Below, piece after piece: positions 52,544 through 64,000 of a DNA stretch of 64,000 bases. The translations under genes were made by a program, and so were the position numbers. The first letter of the stretch is position 1, and each line of letters begins with the position of its first letter. The notes under the pieces were generated by a model. The model saw only the letters and a program-made list of their open reading frames with translations. It did no database searches and had not been told where the DNA came from. The DNA comes from Utricularia gibba (lineage: Eukaryota > Plantae > Magnoliophyta): contig NEEC01000004.1 in NCBI GenBank assembly GCA_002189035.1, positions 1 through 64,000 of the forward strand, given 5' to 3'.

Positions 52544-52882
52544 CTAAACTCTGTCGCTGCTGAATACGAAAACCGACTCCAAGTCAGGCGGGATGAAGAA
52601 CTCGATAAACCCAGTTACGTGGCGGCAGGCGGGAGGAGGCCGTCGCTTCCTCGGCGGCGGCGGCGGGCACGTTAGTGTCTCCGGTATCCGGCACTCACGC
52701 GCGGTAGGCGTCGTCGAGCACGCGTTTTCATTTTCCTCTTCCTCTCTGTCCCCGTCGCTGCTGGTTCTCACTACGGATATCGGCTTAAGGGGAGCCCGGA
52801 GAGGGATTCCGGCGATTACCCATTTCCTGGCGTCCGATTCTTTACCCCCTTCCGATTTCTGGTGCTTGTTGGAGAAACCCAT
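52544..52882 (-). CDS. SMR: SIAMESE-RELATED cyclin-dependent kinase inhibitor (SMR6-like)
   Basis: MGFSNKHQ...[51 protein letters not shown]. Confidence 0.93.
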   Translation of the reverse strand: MGFSNKHQKSEGGKESDARKWVIAGIPLRAPLKPISVVRTSSDGDREEEENENACSTTPTARECRIPETLTCPPPPPRKRRPPPACRHVTGFIEFFIPPDLESVFVFSSDRV

Positions 52883-53584
52883 CTCGAGGAACAAACCAGA
52901 GAGCAGAATCGAAGAGTCTTTTCCGTCTGGAAACCAGAAGGATGGCGAGGAAAACGGAGGGGAGCAAGCAAGTTTTCAAAGAATGGCGGCAAAAACAAAA
53001 GGAAAAAAAAACAAAGGCTTTTGTTTCGGGGGATTAAAACCAGCAAGAAGAAATGGGAAATGGGAATCGTGGAATTTGGAAGGGGTGATTTTATTTCAAT
53101 GGCTGGCTGGATTGGACCGCCACCCAATTCTTGGGCTGCCCGTTGAATTTTCTCTTCTCTTCTCGGGCAAGTTTTTGCAGGTTTCCCGCCAAATGTTTTA
53201 GCTTCCCGCACGGAAAACGGTCCTGTTTCCCGCCAAATGGATACGACACCGTTTTCCACCGCCGGGCCCGGTCTTGCGTCATGTGGGGCCGAGGGCCTCA
53301 TTGGTTCAAGGCCCTTCCCTCCTCCGGCCCACCTATATTTTATAAATTAGTCGAAATTTTTTAAAATATTAAATTCCAGTATTATGAAAAATGACATTTT
53401 TACCTGAAACATCGATGCTTGCAATTGACCCTAAAAAAGTCGTTTGGTCTACACAGTTGACTTTCGGGTCAAACATCGTACTCATCTAATCAAGGGAGTT
53501 ATTTATACGATCATAATGAACTCAAAACCGTTACCACAAAATACATTACGCATCACCGTTACCTGACTGCACCGCGCCTTCTTT

Positions 53585-56500
53585 CTACGATGGGGAGGGT
53601 GGAGAAGAAGGCTTGGGATCCTTTTCCTGTTCGGCTGAACATTCTGCTTGCGACGGCTCAGCCTCCGAGCCTTCAACCGCTGGTGCGTCCTCTCCGTTCG
53701 GCTGTGGGGTGGACGCTGGCTTTTCCGGTGATGAAGGATTTCCCGAGACAATAACTTCGTTAGCTGTCTTAGAAGGGGGAGTGATCCAAAGGAACTGTAG
53801 TTTGTGGCCTTTCCATGATTTCCCATGAAGGAATGCTTTCTCCGCGAAATGACGACTGGTAAATGATACTAGAGCCGAGACTCCGGAAGAGGTTTGAGCA
53901 TCGTTGGCCTCTTCAGGCTTTGAACCTTCGAGTTCCACTGATGAAAGCCCACCAGATGCGCCGAAGTGTTCCTCCAGGGCGGCAATCTGATGAAACAAAA
54001 GTTCACATTATCATGGAGCGCATTGAAACACAGTCAGTCAAGCACAGAAGTGGAAACACCCAGGCACTGCTACTATGAAAAAAAAAATATATATATATAT
54101 ATATATCCCACAGATGCTGGACTTCAAAGATACTTTCAGCAGCAACTAAGTCGTTGAATTACAGTATGGGGGCCAAAAGGACCACGAGGCACACAACTAT
54201 ATGGAGATGTAGAAGCAAATACAGGACTTTTCAATTGAGGAAACAATGAATGGGAACTCTAAAAAGCTATCTAACCTTCATGAGCTCAGCGGGCAATGGT
54301 GAAACAACCCGGAATGCAGTGGGACGATTGTCCAATTTGAATCTGTTAACTGCTGAGGGTGTCCCTTGAGATCCGAATGGGAGAGGCGGTGACAAAATGT
54401 GTTCCTGCCCTGGTACAGCTCGATGATTGGTAGACTTGGGTAGCACATCAGACGTCGCCTTGTCCACTGTCTCATTTTCTCTTGCAGGTGATCCTAATAT
54501 TTCAGCATTTACAGGATCTGTTGGTATTTCACCTTGAAAACTGATCTTCCGTTGATCCGAAATTGCCCCATTTTTAGGACATACTGCCTGAAAACATATG
54601 AAAAATTTAGGACGAAATGCAAGTAAACAACTCGAAACTCTAAACGATGGAACCTCTATCAACCTAGGTTGAAGCCACCAATTTCAAGACTAAAATCGTT
54701 CAGATAAGCAGGGATACCATCTTTGAGAAATCAATATTCAGTTAAATACTCTGATGCAATATTCTTATCTCAGAATTACACTAAACTGGTTAAATTCCTG
54801 ATACGGACACAAGCCATGGGATTCATTGGATAGTAAGAAATAACATCCTTAGAATCAGCCCAAACATGAATAAATAACACCAAAATGATAAAAAAAAAAA
54901 CCTGAGAATGACCTTTTTCTCAAGTCTGTCTAGTTGGAGCTTAAACTCATTTCGTTTCTGGTCTAGCATCTGCTGCTTTTTGCGGAGTTGTTCCTTCAAA
55001 AGCTCCAAACTTTCCATCTTCTTTTTCTGAAGGGCGGGAATTTTGGAAGCACTGGAAATCAAGGGCTTTTGATGATGATTCACTGGTGATTGAGCTACAA
55101 GGCCATGGGCACTACCCTCCTTACCACCTGGATTAGAAGGATTTTCCTTTCCCTTATCAGGACCAATAGGATGTGATGAGGAAGAATTAGCCATCATTCC
55201 ATAGGGAAATGCCACACTACTGACTCCTTGTTTTGCATCTGGAATATTATCACGATTCGCCCACCAAAGCTTGATAAACCGATTCCCCATCACGGCATCA
55301 GGGGATTTGAGTGCCATCTCTGCTTCTTCTCTTTTTGAAAATTGAACAAAAGCCCGTTCACTATTCATGGGAATATAAATGTCAATGACATCACCAAATT
55401 TCTGAAAGTGCAAAAGAAGTGCTTCTCTTTTGTTGTCTTTCAGGGGAATACCATTGACGAATAGTGTGCAGAGAGCCTTCTGAGATGGTTTTTGAATGCG
55501 AACAGAATCATTGCGCAGTTTATAAAATGGCAGACCGTTTCTATCCATATTAGACAACATTCCATGCTGCAGAGTATCAGCAAGACCCGAGTTCATTGCC
55601 TCCACGTCTTTGACATCCATTTTGAGAGAAGTAGATGATTTTCCAGCAAACTCTGCTTTTTTATTCATTTCTAAACTATTTTTTGTATTGTGAATTGTAT
55701 CCCTTGAAGATGAACTTTGAGATCCAGCAGCACGAGTGTTTCTAACTGAAGGCTCATGATCAAAGTCGGAATATGATACCTCAGTGTTTTTCTGACTTAA
55801 TACATCAGCATCTGCAAAGGAACCTGCTCCATCCACCTTTGATTTGTTGAGACCAAGGAGGGCTGTTGACGTTTCAGGATTGTCATTCGTCAACTGAGGT
55901 TGATCTGGATCATAAACGTCAGAAGCTCCAATAGCAACACCATTTGAATCATGACTGGCGACACCTGGCTTCTCAAGCTTTGCACTAAAAGTTTTATTGT
56001 TCAGTGATGAGCCTAAGGGGGTACTTGATCGAGGTAAGGCACCCTGTAAAGGTGATGTGACTATAGGTTGTGGTCGGGGGACAGAAACAGGGAGATTGAA
56101 TTGAGAGAGACTCTGCAAATGAAACAAGAGAGAGGGTAGGAGAGAGTTAAATAAAATCTAATACATTTAGCAGTAGAAAAATAAGTGAAACATAGCCATC
56201 CATTCTCAATAACATGAATAATTAACTAGCTAGGACTGATTGACACAGTGACAGGACCGCATCTATCTATCAACATGATGAGAAATGTCAGCAACTCAGT
56301 CATTGACCATAAAAGATTCATACCTTGACATATATCACAGTTCTGGAGATCGGAAGTGCAATAATTCAAAATCCAAAGAGAGCACAAAAAGGTCCAGCAG
56401 GGAAGCACACTAGCATCTCGATGCATTAAAAAAAGTAAAGAAATACTTGAAAAATAGCTTCTCACAGTCACAACAGCTGTAATAAAATGCATTCTACAGG

Positions 56501-57379
56501 AATTTACAACCTATTCCAATCTCAATAAATGAGGATATTTTAAACGAAAGCAGGCATTGGAGAAACCGAAGACAAGAAGATCCTACATGGTCATCATCAA
56601 GAGAACTCACAACCTGCATGTGAAGGTAAAATTTCATGTACCTGAAAATCATCGACAACAATTCGATTAATCCCATGTTCCATTGGGCATATATCCCCTC
56701 TCAAGCAAAAACCACGTTCTTCAAAGTCTCTGCATCTTTGCCTTGGTATCCCAATGTTCATTTGGGTGTTAAAGGCTGGCACCAATGTACCTTGAAGACT
56801 TAGAGGATGTAGATGGTCCAAACCACCACCAGGTAAGCCTGGGATGAATCCATATGAGGACCAAGATGTCCCCTGCGGATTAGTAACATTTGGCATGCTC
56901 CCTGGCCTAGGATGAGAAATATGTGATGGAACATCAGCCAAGCCAAGCCTGGAATCAGACACACCCCAGGGAAAATGCTCCAATCCTCTACTCCCATTGC
57001 CTATCATACTATTCAATGGCTGCTTTCCCCTGAATTTTTGTCCCATGTCCGAGTGCATAATGGAAAACGGACCCATATTTGAGCGCCTTTTTGCAACCCT
57101 TGAGCCAAAATCCCTTTCAGGAGAAAAATAATCTTGAGCCACATTATCTCCACAAGAGTACTCATTTTGAAATGCTATATTCCTTTTCTGATAGGGTCTC
57201 TGAAAACCTTGGCCGACAGAATTCCCTTCTATTGACTGTGAGCAACCCTCTCGCCTACGATGCTTGTGGTTACGGTCATCATCCTCATCTTCTCCTTCAC
57301 TTATTTCCTGATCCTCAGGATCACTAGTACCATCAGAAGATGAGCATCCAGGCTTGTCAGCCGAAACCTTGAGCTCCAT
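53585..57379 (-). CDS. CCCH zinc-finger / RRM protein (RBM26/27-like, C3H41 type)
   Basis: MELKVS...DDDRNHKHRRRE; QRCRDFEERGFCLRGDICPMEHG; RRM TLFVNGIP...ERAFVQFSKREEAEMALKSPDAVMGNRFIKLWWANRD; RFKLDNRPTAFRVV; FTSRHFAEKAF. Confidence 0.93.
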
Positions 57380-58496
57380 GAGATTCTTTTCAATGGAGCC
57401 TCAATCAGTTTCGAGTTATCTCCCAAATACACTGTATCGAGTAACGTAATCCAGTAAATGACCGATGAAGGAAACAAAAATCGTAGAAGCAGGGGGTGCT
57501 AGATAAAATAAACCGTATGAAAAGGTGAAAAATTTTCACATGAACACCATCGAATTCAGTTCACTAACAACATAAGCAAGCAAAACAACCAAACGGAATA
57601 AAAATCGACGACCCAAAAGCCCCCCTGAGAATGGCAATAACAGGCGAATTCACAAATCAATAAATAAATCAATCCCAAACTTCAAATTTGAAACGATGGG
57701 TTGGACGGCAAGTTCACCAACAGAAGGAGCACAATATGATTAAAAAGTATACGACTGCCCCCGAGCTCAATCAATTGGAATTAGGAAAGAAAAGGCTCAA
57801 CAAACCTAATGAAACACGATTTAGCCTAAGGCTTTATTCCTGGGGTCCCAATTTTCAAATACTTATGGCGACATGAAATTTCTGGTGCAGAATTTCATGA
57901 CCTTCCTCTCGAAAATGATTAATACGACGGGATGCGTGCTTGGGGCTACGCACCCGCTGTCCCGTTGTACTTCGATTGTTGCTGCCTACAACTTCGATTG
58001 TTGCAGAAATTTCGTGGCAATTGGATTTCACCACGAGGAACCAACCCGCACACGACCGAAGGAAGAAGAATTAGTTGGGCCTTGGAATACATTTTGGCCC
58101 ATGCATTAATACGCCTAGAGCCAGACGTGGGGCCCTATCATATTTTAAATTTATAAACAAAATTACAAAATCAGATTTTTTTAATGATATTAATGCATGT
58201 AGCTTGGGCAATATCCTATTCGATACATCTCCAACAAAATAGCTTTAAATAATAATCGATTAAATTTAATTTTTTTAATATGATTTATGTTTATTATGCA
58301 TTTGAATTTTAAGTGTGTTTGTTCAATTAATTCGATTTTAAATATCAATAATAACAACTCTAAAAATTTATAGAACGAATAAAATAATATTTCAAAAAAA
58401 TTATGAATATTTCTAAATTTCTGTGTTTTGGAAGTGAAACAGTACAAAACACGGTATAATTCCATTGAAGGATACATGTAAATTTATTAAAATTTC

Positions 58497-59724
58497 TTAA
58501 ATAAAGAATCCAGTTGGTGGGTCTGAGTGTACAGAGGTGCATTGTGGCGGGGGCATGAGACTAACCTCCCAAGAGACGAATTGAATTGTAGTGCACTTCA
58601 GCCCAAAAGCTCAAGAAGATGGCTACCATTGAAGCACAAACAGAGAATGACTTCCCCTCGTTTGAGGTGAAACGATTTTGCATGAGAATGAACATGTTGC
58701 AGATGACCAAAACTCACTTCTTTCGGACTTCTGGGCTTGTGGGAGGATCTCGATGTAGCAGGTGTCCTTGTATGATGTAATGACAAGGACCTTGATTCCA
58801 TACTGCATGCAACAAACCAGCTTCTCGTTCAACACATCAACCAGCAAGACAACCAGAGGGAGAAAGAAGAAGAAGAAGAAGGTTTACAGAATCTGCAGCA
58901 GCCTGCAGCGTCACATGATCACCCCATTCACCAACCCTGCCAAATGTACTGTGAGAAAATCTCTGCCCCTGTGTTTATCTAAGTACAATAATAAACGCTG
59001 TACTTGCTCATTTTCTTCAAGTACTCGGTATACGGCATCGGGACATAGTTTTCGTAGCGATCGCGCTGCGACTTCAGCTGAAGGAACCGTCAGACACTGT
59101 GGAAACCCTTTTCTTTTTTTGCAGATTAGAGGGCATGGTGATTGATACCTGTTCAACAACTTGCGCTCTCACGAACTTATGATGCTCCGGTGAGTGATAT
59201 ATTTGATCCGACAACGACCGGAACTGCGTACAGCAACATGCATACCAGAAAAGATAACAAACAGGGACAAAACTCCAGTTACCGACGAAATTTACCTGGC
59301 AGTTACCGTCTCCGGTGATCTTTACTTCTTGTAGATCGTACAACTTCAACCTGGTGCAGAAAAAAAAAAGACATGTATGCAATATGGAATTATAATGACG
59401 TAGTAAGGCAACAAAATGGGGACCTGTCGAGAAGGCGTTGATGGTCAGAAGTGACCTCATCATCTGAGGGTATGGCTCCATTGACTTTTGGAACATGCTG
59501 ATTCGATCCAATGTGACGTATGGATTGGGGTTCAGTACGCACGCACGCGTTATAAAAGAGTTGTATGCGTCAGGGTGCGAGCAAAGACAAGAAGAGACGA
59601 GACTTACAGGAACAGGAACCATGTGTGTCAATCTTTTCCCCATTTCACCCTCTAGATTTGATTCATGGTCGCTCATTGTTTCTTGGCAAAGCTTTCGATC
59701 GTCCACAGCTTGATGGTCCCACAT
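58497..59724 (-). CDS. OTU-domain deubiquitinase (OTU9-12 clade); both ends approximate
   Basis: Spliced reading GKRLTHMVPVP|HVPKVNGAIPSDDEVTSDHQRLLDR|LKLYDLQEVKITGDGNCQ|FRSLSDQIY...GEWGDHVTLQAAADS|YG...|IFLSFWAEVHYNSI; catalytic Cys and His present. Confidence 0.9.
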
Positions 59725-60194
59725 CGACTTATCGGAATCTAGTTTGTCGTGAAGTCATCTTCTCAGAAAAACCAAAAAGCCTGAATTCAAGAACAACCTG
59801 TTGGAGATGGAGATAACTCGATCTTCAGCAAGAAAAAACACACCAAACACAGGCTTCCTCTCTGTTTGCGTATAGTACGCGGAGTTCGTGGCGAGAAGAA
59901 TCTTTTACATGAAGATAGAGATGGGTCGAAGAGGTTTATTGCATAGAAACCATAGCCGATCGAGTCAGGGAAAAAAAACACCTACCGATTGTCGCTTCTT
60001 GCTGATCAGAGTGGCCGAGGAAGAAGAAGAAGACGAAGCCGAAAGAGGCACGGAAGCTACAACCAGAGAAATCACCAATCAATTCAAATTCCCCACGATA
60101 ACGATATTCCACCTGCAATAAATTTTTCTTTTTTTTTTTAACAAATTCTGAATTTTATTAACATAGCTACAAAGATGGACGGTTGTGATGCGTC

Positions 60195-60396
60195 CACGCA
60201 ATGAATTTTTAATGCAAGTAACCTTCGTCTCTGGCAAACTACAAAGTGGTCGACACGTAAATACTTTTAAAAATAATACTTTTAAATTAATTAATTTTTA
60301 ATTAATTTCTAATTAAAAATACTGATTAATTAATGAACTACAAAGTGGTCGACACGTAAAAACTACAAAGTGGTCGACACGCAATGAATTTTTAAT
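60195..60396 (+). repeat. Local direct repeats: three copies of AACTACAAAGTGGTCGACACG and two of CACGCAATGAATTTTTAAT
   Basis: 21-mer at 60237-60257, 60336-60356 and 60361-60381; 19-mer at 60195-60213 and 60378-60396. Confidence 0.9.
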
Positions 60397-60748
60397 TAAT
60401 TAATTTCATGGTATTATTACGTATCATCAGAATACTGAAAAGGATTACCGGAATACTTAAATGTTGCAAAGCAAAGGTTTTTATTCCGGTCGACCGACAA
60501 TAGCTTTGGAAAGTCATAAATGGATTTCCGACCGACGACTGAACCGGACTAACGCGCTCGATCCCGGTTCAGATTTTCGGAGTGAATTATTTTTATGCAT
60601 AAAAGAATCATCGGGAAAAAAAGTATACTTTATTTATTTTGGGAATTAAGATGGATTTTATTTTTAGGAACTGAGAACAGCACCACTAGCTCGGAACTTA
60701 TTTATTCTACCGCTCACACGACGGTTCATCTTCTCCAGTCACTCACGT

Positions 60749-61135
60749 TCAGTTATTAGTCTCATCCTGAACTCCGGCCACATTGAGACGTCCATCGGAA
60801 TGTGGAAATCCCGGGAAGCCACCGCCATATCTACCAAAGCGCGGCGGCCGGAAGCCCCTGTAAGGATTGTAGACGGGGTATCTTCCAAACCCCGGATAGT
60901 AACCCGCAGCATGAATGACTCCTTCGTTGAATACTTCACTCGAGGCTGCTGCAAGGTATCAGAACGAATGAACTTTGACGGAACAAATGCAAGTAAAGTG
61001 GGTTATGTTAATTAAATGCATTGTTAGTTAACACGCACCAGACATGGGGTTCGTTGCCTCTTCCTCCGGGGACGAATAAGCAACGGCGACGAGCAGGAGC
61101 AGGGCTCCGAGGAGGATGAGCTTGGAAGCCGCCAT
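60749..61135 (-). CDS. Small secreted Gly/Tyr/Pro-rich protein (GRP-like), 98 aa, exons 61135-61039 and 60948-60749
   Basis: Splicing a 90-nt GT-AG intron gives MAASKLILLGALLLLVAVAYSSPEEEATNPMSAASSEVFNEGVIHAAGYYPGFGRYPVYNPYRGFRPPRFGRYGGGFPGFPHSDGRLNVAGVQDETNN*. Confidence 0.85.
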
Positions 61136-61807
61136 TGGGGAGATGGGTGCTTTGAGGGGGAAATGCAGCTGGTATTTATAGGGGAGGAAGGGAGGGGGAG
61201 GAGGTTAGACATGTACGATGATTAGGTGTGTAGGCAGGACCGGGGCTGTCTGTCTAGTGATCAACTGTTTTATTGTACCATGATGATGCCACAATTATGA
61301 TAATGTTTATGTCGTTTCACTTTTACAGTTGGGCCGTTACCTTAGGCAATTCAATCATGCCACATAATTTAGATACAGGGCTATGCTAAGGCATTAACAA
61401 CAAAGTTTTTTTTTTTTTTTTTTTTTTTTGCTATGAATCATATATTAAACAATTATGTTCGAAAAAATATTCTATAAATATATTTTCTATTAAATACAAA
61501 TGATTTATTTTTAAAAAGTATCAAAAAAGGAAATTAAAATAATGTATTAAATGGGTAAATATCAGCCCAATGTGTAACTCGAGCTGGAGTTTTTGGGCGT
61601 TAGCCCAATAACTGTCTTGGAGGCTATTTGGGCCTCGCATTCTTCGGCTTGTATCATGGGCCTGAGGTTGACGGCACAATTAATTCACCAGGCCTGACGC
61701 TGGATGTTGGATCAGTGGATTGTGGATACTCCGGTTTGATTTCACCCCAGTGCATTGGTGAGGGGGGTATTTGGGGTGTGAAGTTGGCAGAATCTTTGGT
61801 TGCTGCA

Positions 61808-64000
61808 ATGGAAGTCGTTGCGCTAGTCAGCGGCGGCAAAGACAGTTGCTATGCTATGATGAAATGTCTTCAATATGGTCACAAGGTTTTTGTTTTTCTT
61901 TTTTTGGAACTTTGAATTGGCTTGGGATCTTTGCGCAGCTATGTTTGATTTATTTTTTGAAACAAAAATTTCAGATTGTTGCGTTGGCCAATTTGATGCC
62001 TTGTGATGATGAGCAGGATGAGCTTGACAGTTATATGTACCAAACAGTAAGACCCTTTCGTGTTTGTGGATAAATTTTGCCCTGCTTTGCTTATTCCTTA
62101 GATAACTGAAAATGCATTCTGTTTCGAAATTGAAGCTATGAAGTAATCTATATTGTGCTCACAAATAGCTTGTGATTGGTTTCCTTTTTTTTTCGCCATT
62201 TTCTTTGTCACGAACTTCACTTGGATGCCTATTACAGGTCGGTCATCAAATAGTTGTTAGTTATGCTCGGTGCATGGGCGTTCCATTGTTTCGGAGAAGA
62301 ATTCTAGGATCGACGAGGTATTGCAGTTTTTGAACCGTCATGTAAGAGGGGATTAATGCTAATTTTCGATATGAGACTTCGTGCTTGGTCATTTTGGATT
62401 GCTTTTACGAGGTTTTCTGCTTCTTTCAGCTAGGTTTTTCATGAACTGATCTTGCTGACTGTTATCTATATAATATTATCTATTTTGGAGTTTCCAAGAA
62501 CGTGGTGGCACTAACTTGATGCTCTTTGGATTGATAGGAATCATGGACTTAATTACAACGTGACGCCTGGAGATGAAGTTGAAGATATGTTTATCCTTTT
62601 GAGGGAAGTAAAGAATCAAATCCCTTCTGTTTCAGCTGTCTCGTCAGGTGCAATTGCGTCCGATTACCAAAGGCTACGTGTTGAAAGCGTATGCTCTAGG
62701 TTAGGCCTTGTATCTTTGGCATATTTGTGGAAGCAAGATCAATCATTACTTCTTCAAGAAATGGTAACTGGATTAATATGTTTGCTGCAATTAAGATTCT
62801 TATTTATCTATCTTTTAGAAAAGAGTAATGTTTTTATCCTTTAAAAGTGAATGTCCCTTTTTCATCACAGATAACAAGTGGGGTGGTCGCCATCATAGTT
62901 AAGGTATGATTATATCAGCTTCTCCTTCTATTGGTTGTGGTCCCAAAAAGTGTCCAGTTTGCGCACCAGGTTTTTTTTTTTTCAAAAGCTCTCCTCGTTT
63001 TTGGTCCTAGCCAAACAGCGAGCAGAGATTATATATTTACCATATGCTAATAATGTGTCCCTCATGGTTCATCCTCAACTTAAATGCAATTTTATCAACA
63101 CTTTGGATTGTAGTGATTCTTTTTTTTTCAGGGAATTCTCATGCTTCTTTTTCTCTAGGTTGCAGCCATTGGTTTGGACCCTTCAAAGCACTTGGGAAAA
63201 GAAGTGTCCCAATTAAAACCTTATCTTCACAAGCTAAATGAGTTGGTTTACTTGTCTTGGGTATGCCTTTTTTTATTATCTCCACAGCTCTTGATGCAGA
63301 CATCTTTTATGGTAGGTTATACGGCATAAATGTTTGTGGTGAAGGAGGAGAGTATGAGACCTTAACTCTGGACTGTCCTCTGTTCAAGGTAAGCATCCAG
63401 TATCCTACCAATTTTTCTAGCTTTGGGGCTTCAAGTAGAAATGAGACACTATATAAATGGTGTCACTATCTAGCATTCTACCACTTCTTCCTTAATGAGT
63501 AGTGTAGATCTTTCTTGATTTTTACCTTTAACTTGTCTATATATATGGCGTCACATTTTTTCAGAATACTCGAATTGTGATCGATAAATTTGAAGTTGTC
63601 TTACATTCAGCTGACCAAATAGCTCCGGTGGGTGTTCTTCATCCTGTGGAGTATCATCTAGAAATGAAGCTTCAGCATTTTCCTGCCAATGATGATGGCT
63701 CTATAAATCACAATATTTCTGAAGAAGTTAATTCAGTCTGTGAGGTTCTGGGAGACCGCCTTAATATCAGAGATGACTTTTTCCATAAGAATGATCCAAC
63801 TTCTGACTTGGTCCTTGATACTACACAAATTCACATCTCAAAGTCCAATCATGATTATAACTTTTCAGTCACATGTTTTTCACAAAGATCATCGTTGGCC
63901 TCAAAAGGTATGGGCATTCTTTAGCATGGGTAGGAAGCTTGTGAAGTTAAATTTCATCATTGTGCGTTTAATTTAATTGAAGCACAAGAGAGGTTTTCTA
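61808..64000 (+). CDS. DPH6: Diphthine--ammonia ligase, 5' part; continues beyond the window
   Basis: MEVVALVSGGKDSCYAMMKC, DELDSYMYQT|VGHQ, GDEVEDM, GAIASDYQRLRVESVCSRLGL, NVCGEGGEYETLTLDCPLFK. Confidence 0.96.

Noticed and set aside
60237-60381. 21-bp direct repeats resembling a CRISPR array
   Set aside because: Only three copies, with spacers of 78 and 4 bp, in a plant nuclear context with no cas genes.

Overview
Gene-dense nuclear DNA from a flowering plant (eudicot; short GT-AG introns, AT-rich spacers, about one gene per 3 kb). The species cannot be fixed from the sequence, but the compaction resembles very small plant genomes. In order, the window holds: ankyrin-repeat protein (5' part), SKIP14-like F-box, PGAP1 GPI inositol-deacylase, a WVD2/TPX2-like pseudogene remnant, cystinosin, an unnamed 69-aa secreted 8-Cys peptide, SDH2, NOI/RIN4-like, RABB1, ESF2, an uncharacterised protein, RGLG E3 ligase (frame-disrupted), DAYSLEEPER, a 559-bp Ac/Ds-type hAT MITE, GDSL lipase, SGF29, plastid TruB, PP5, an AGCVIII kinase, NUP210/GP210, SMR, an RBM26-like CCCH-RRM protein, an OTU deubiquitinase, a 98-aa secreted Gly/Tyr/Pro-rich protein and DPH6 (5' part). 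The standout is NUP210, which is full length (about 1915 aa) but keeps only its two 5'-most introns followed by one 5.3-kb exon, suggesting in-situ cDNA-mediated mass intron loss. Several frameshifts are single-base shortfalls in homopolymers and are probably consensus errors. All exon boundaries were read by eye and all homologies are recalled, not searched.
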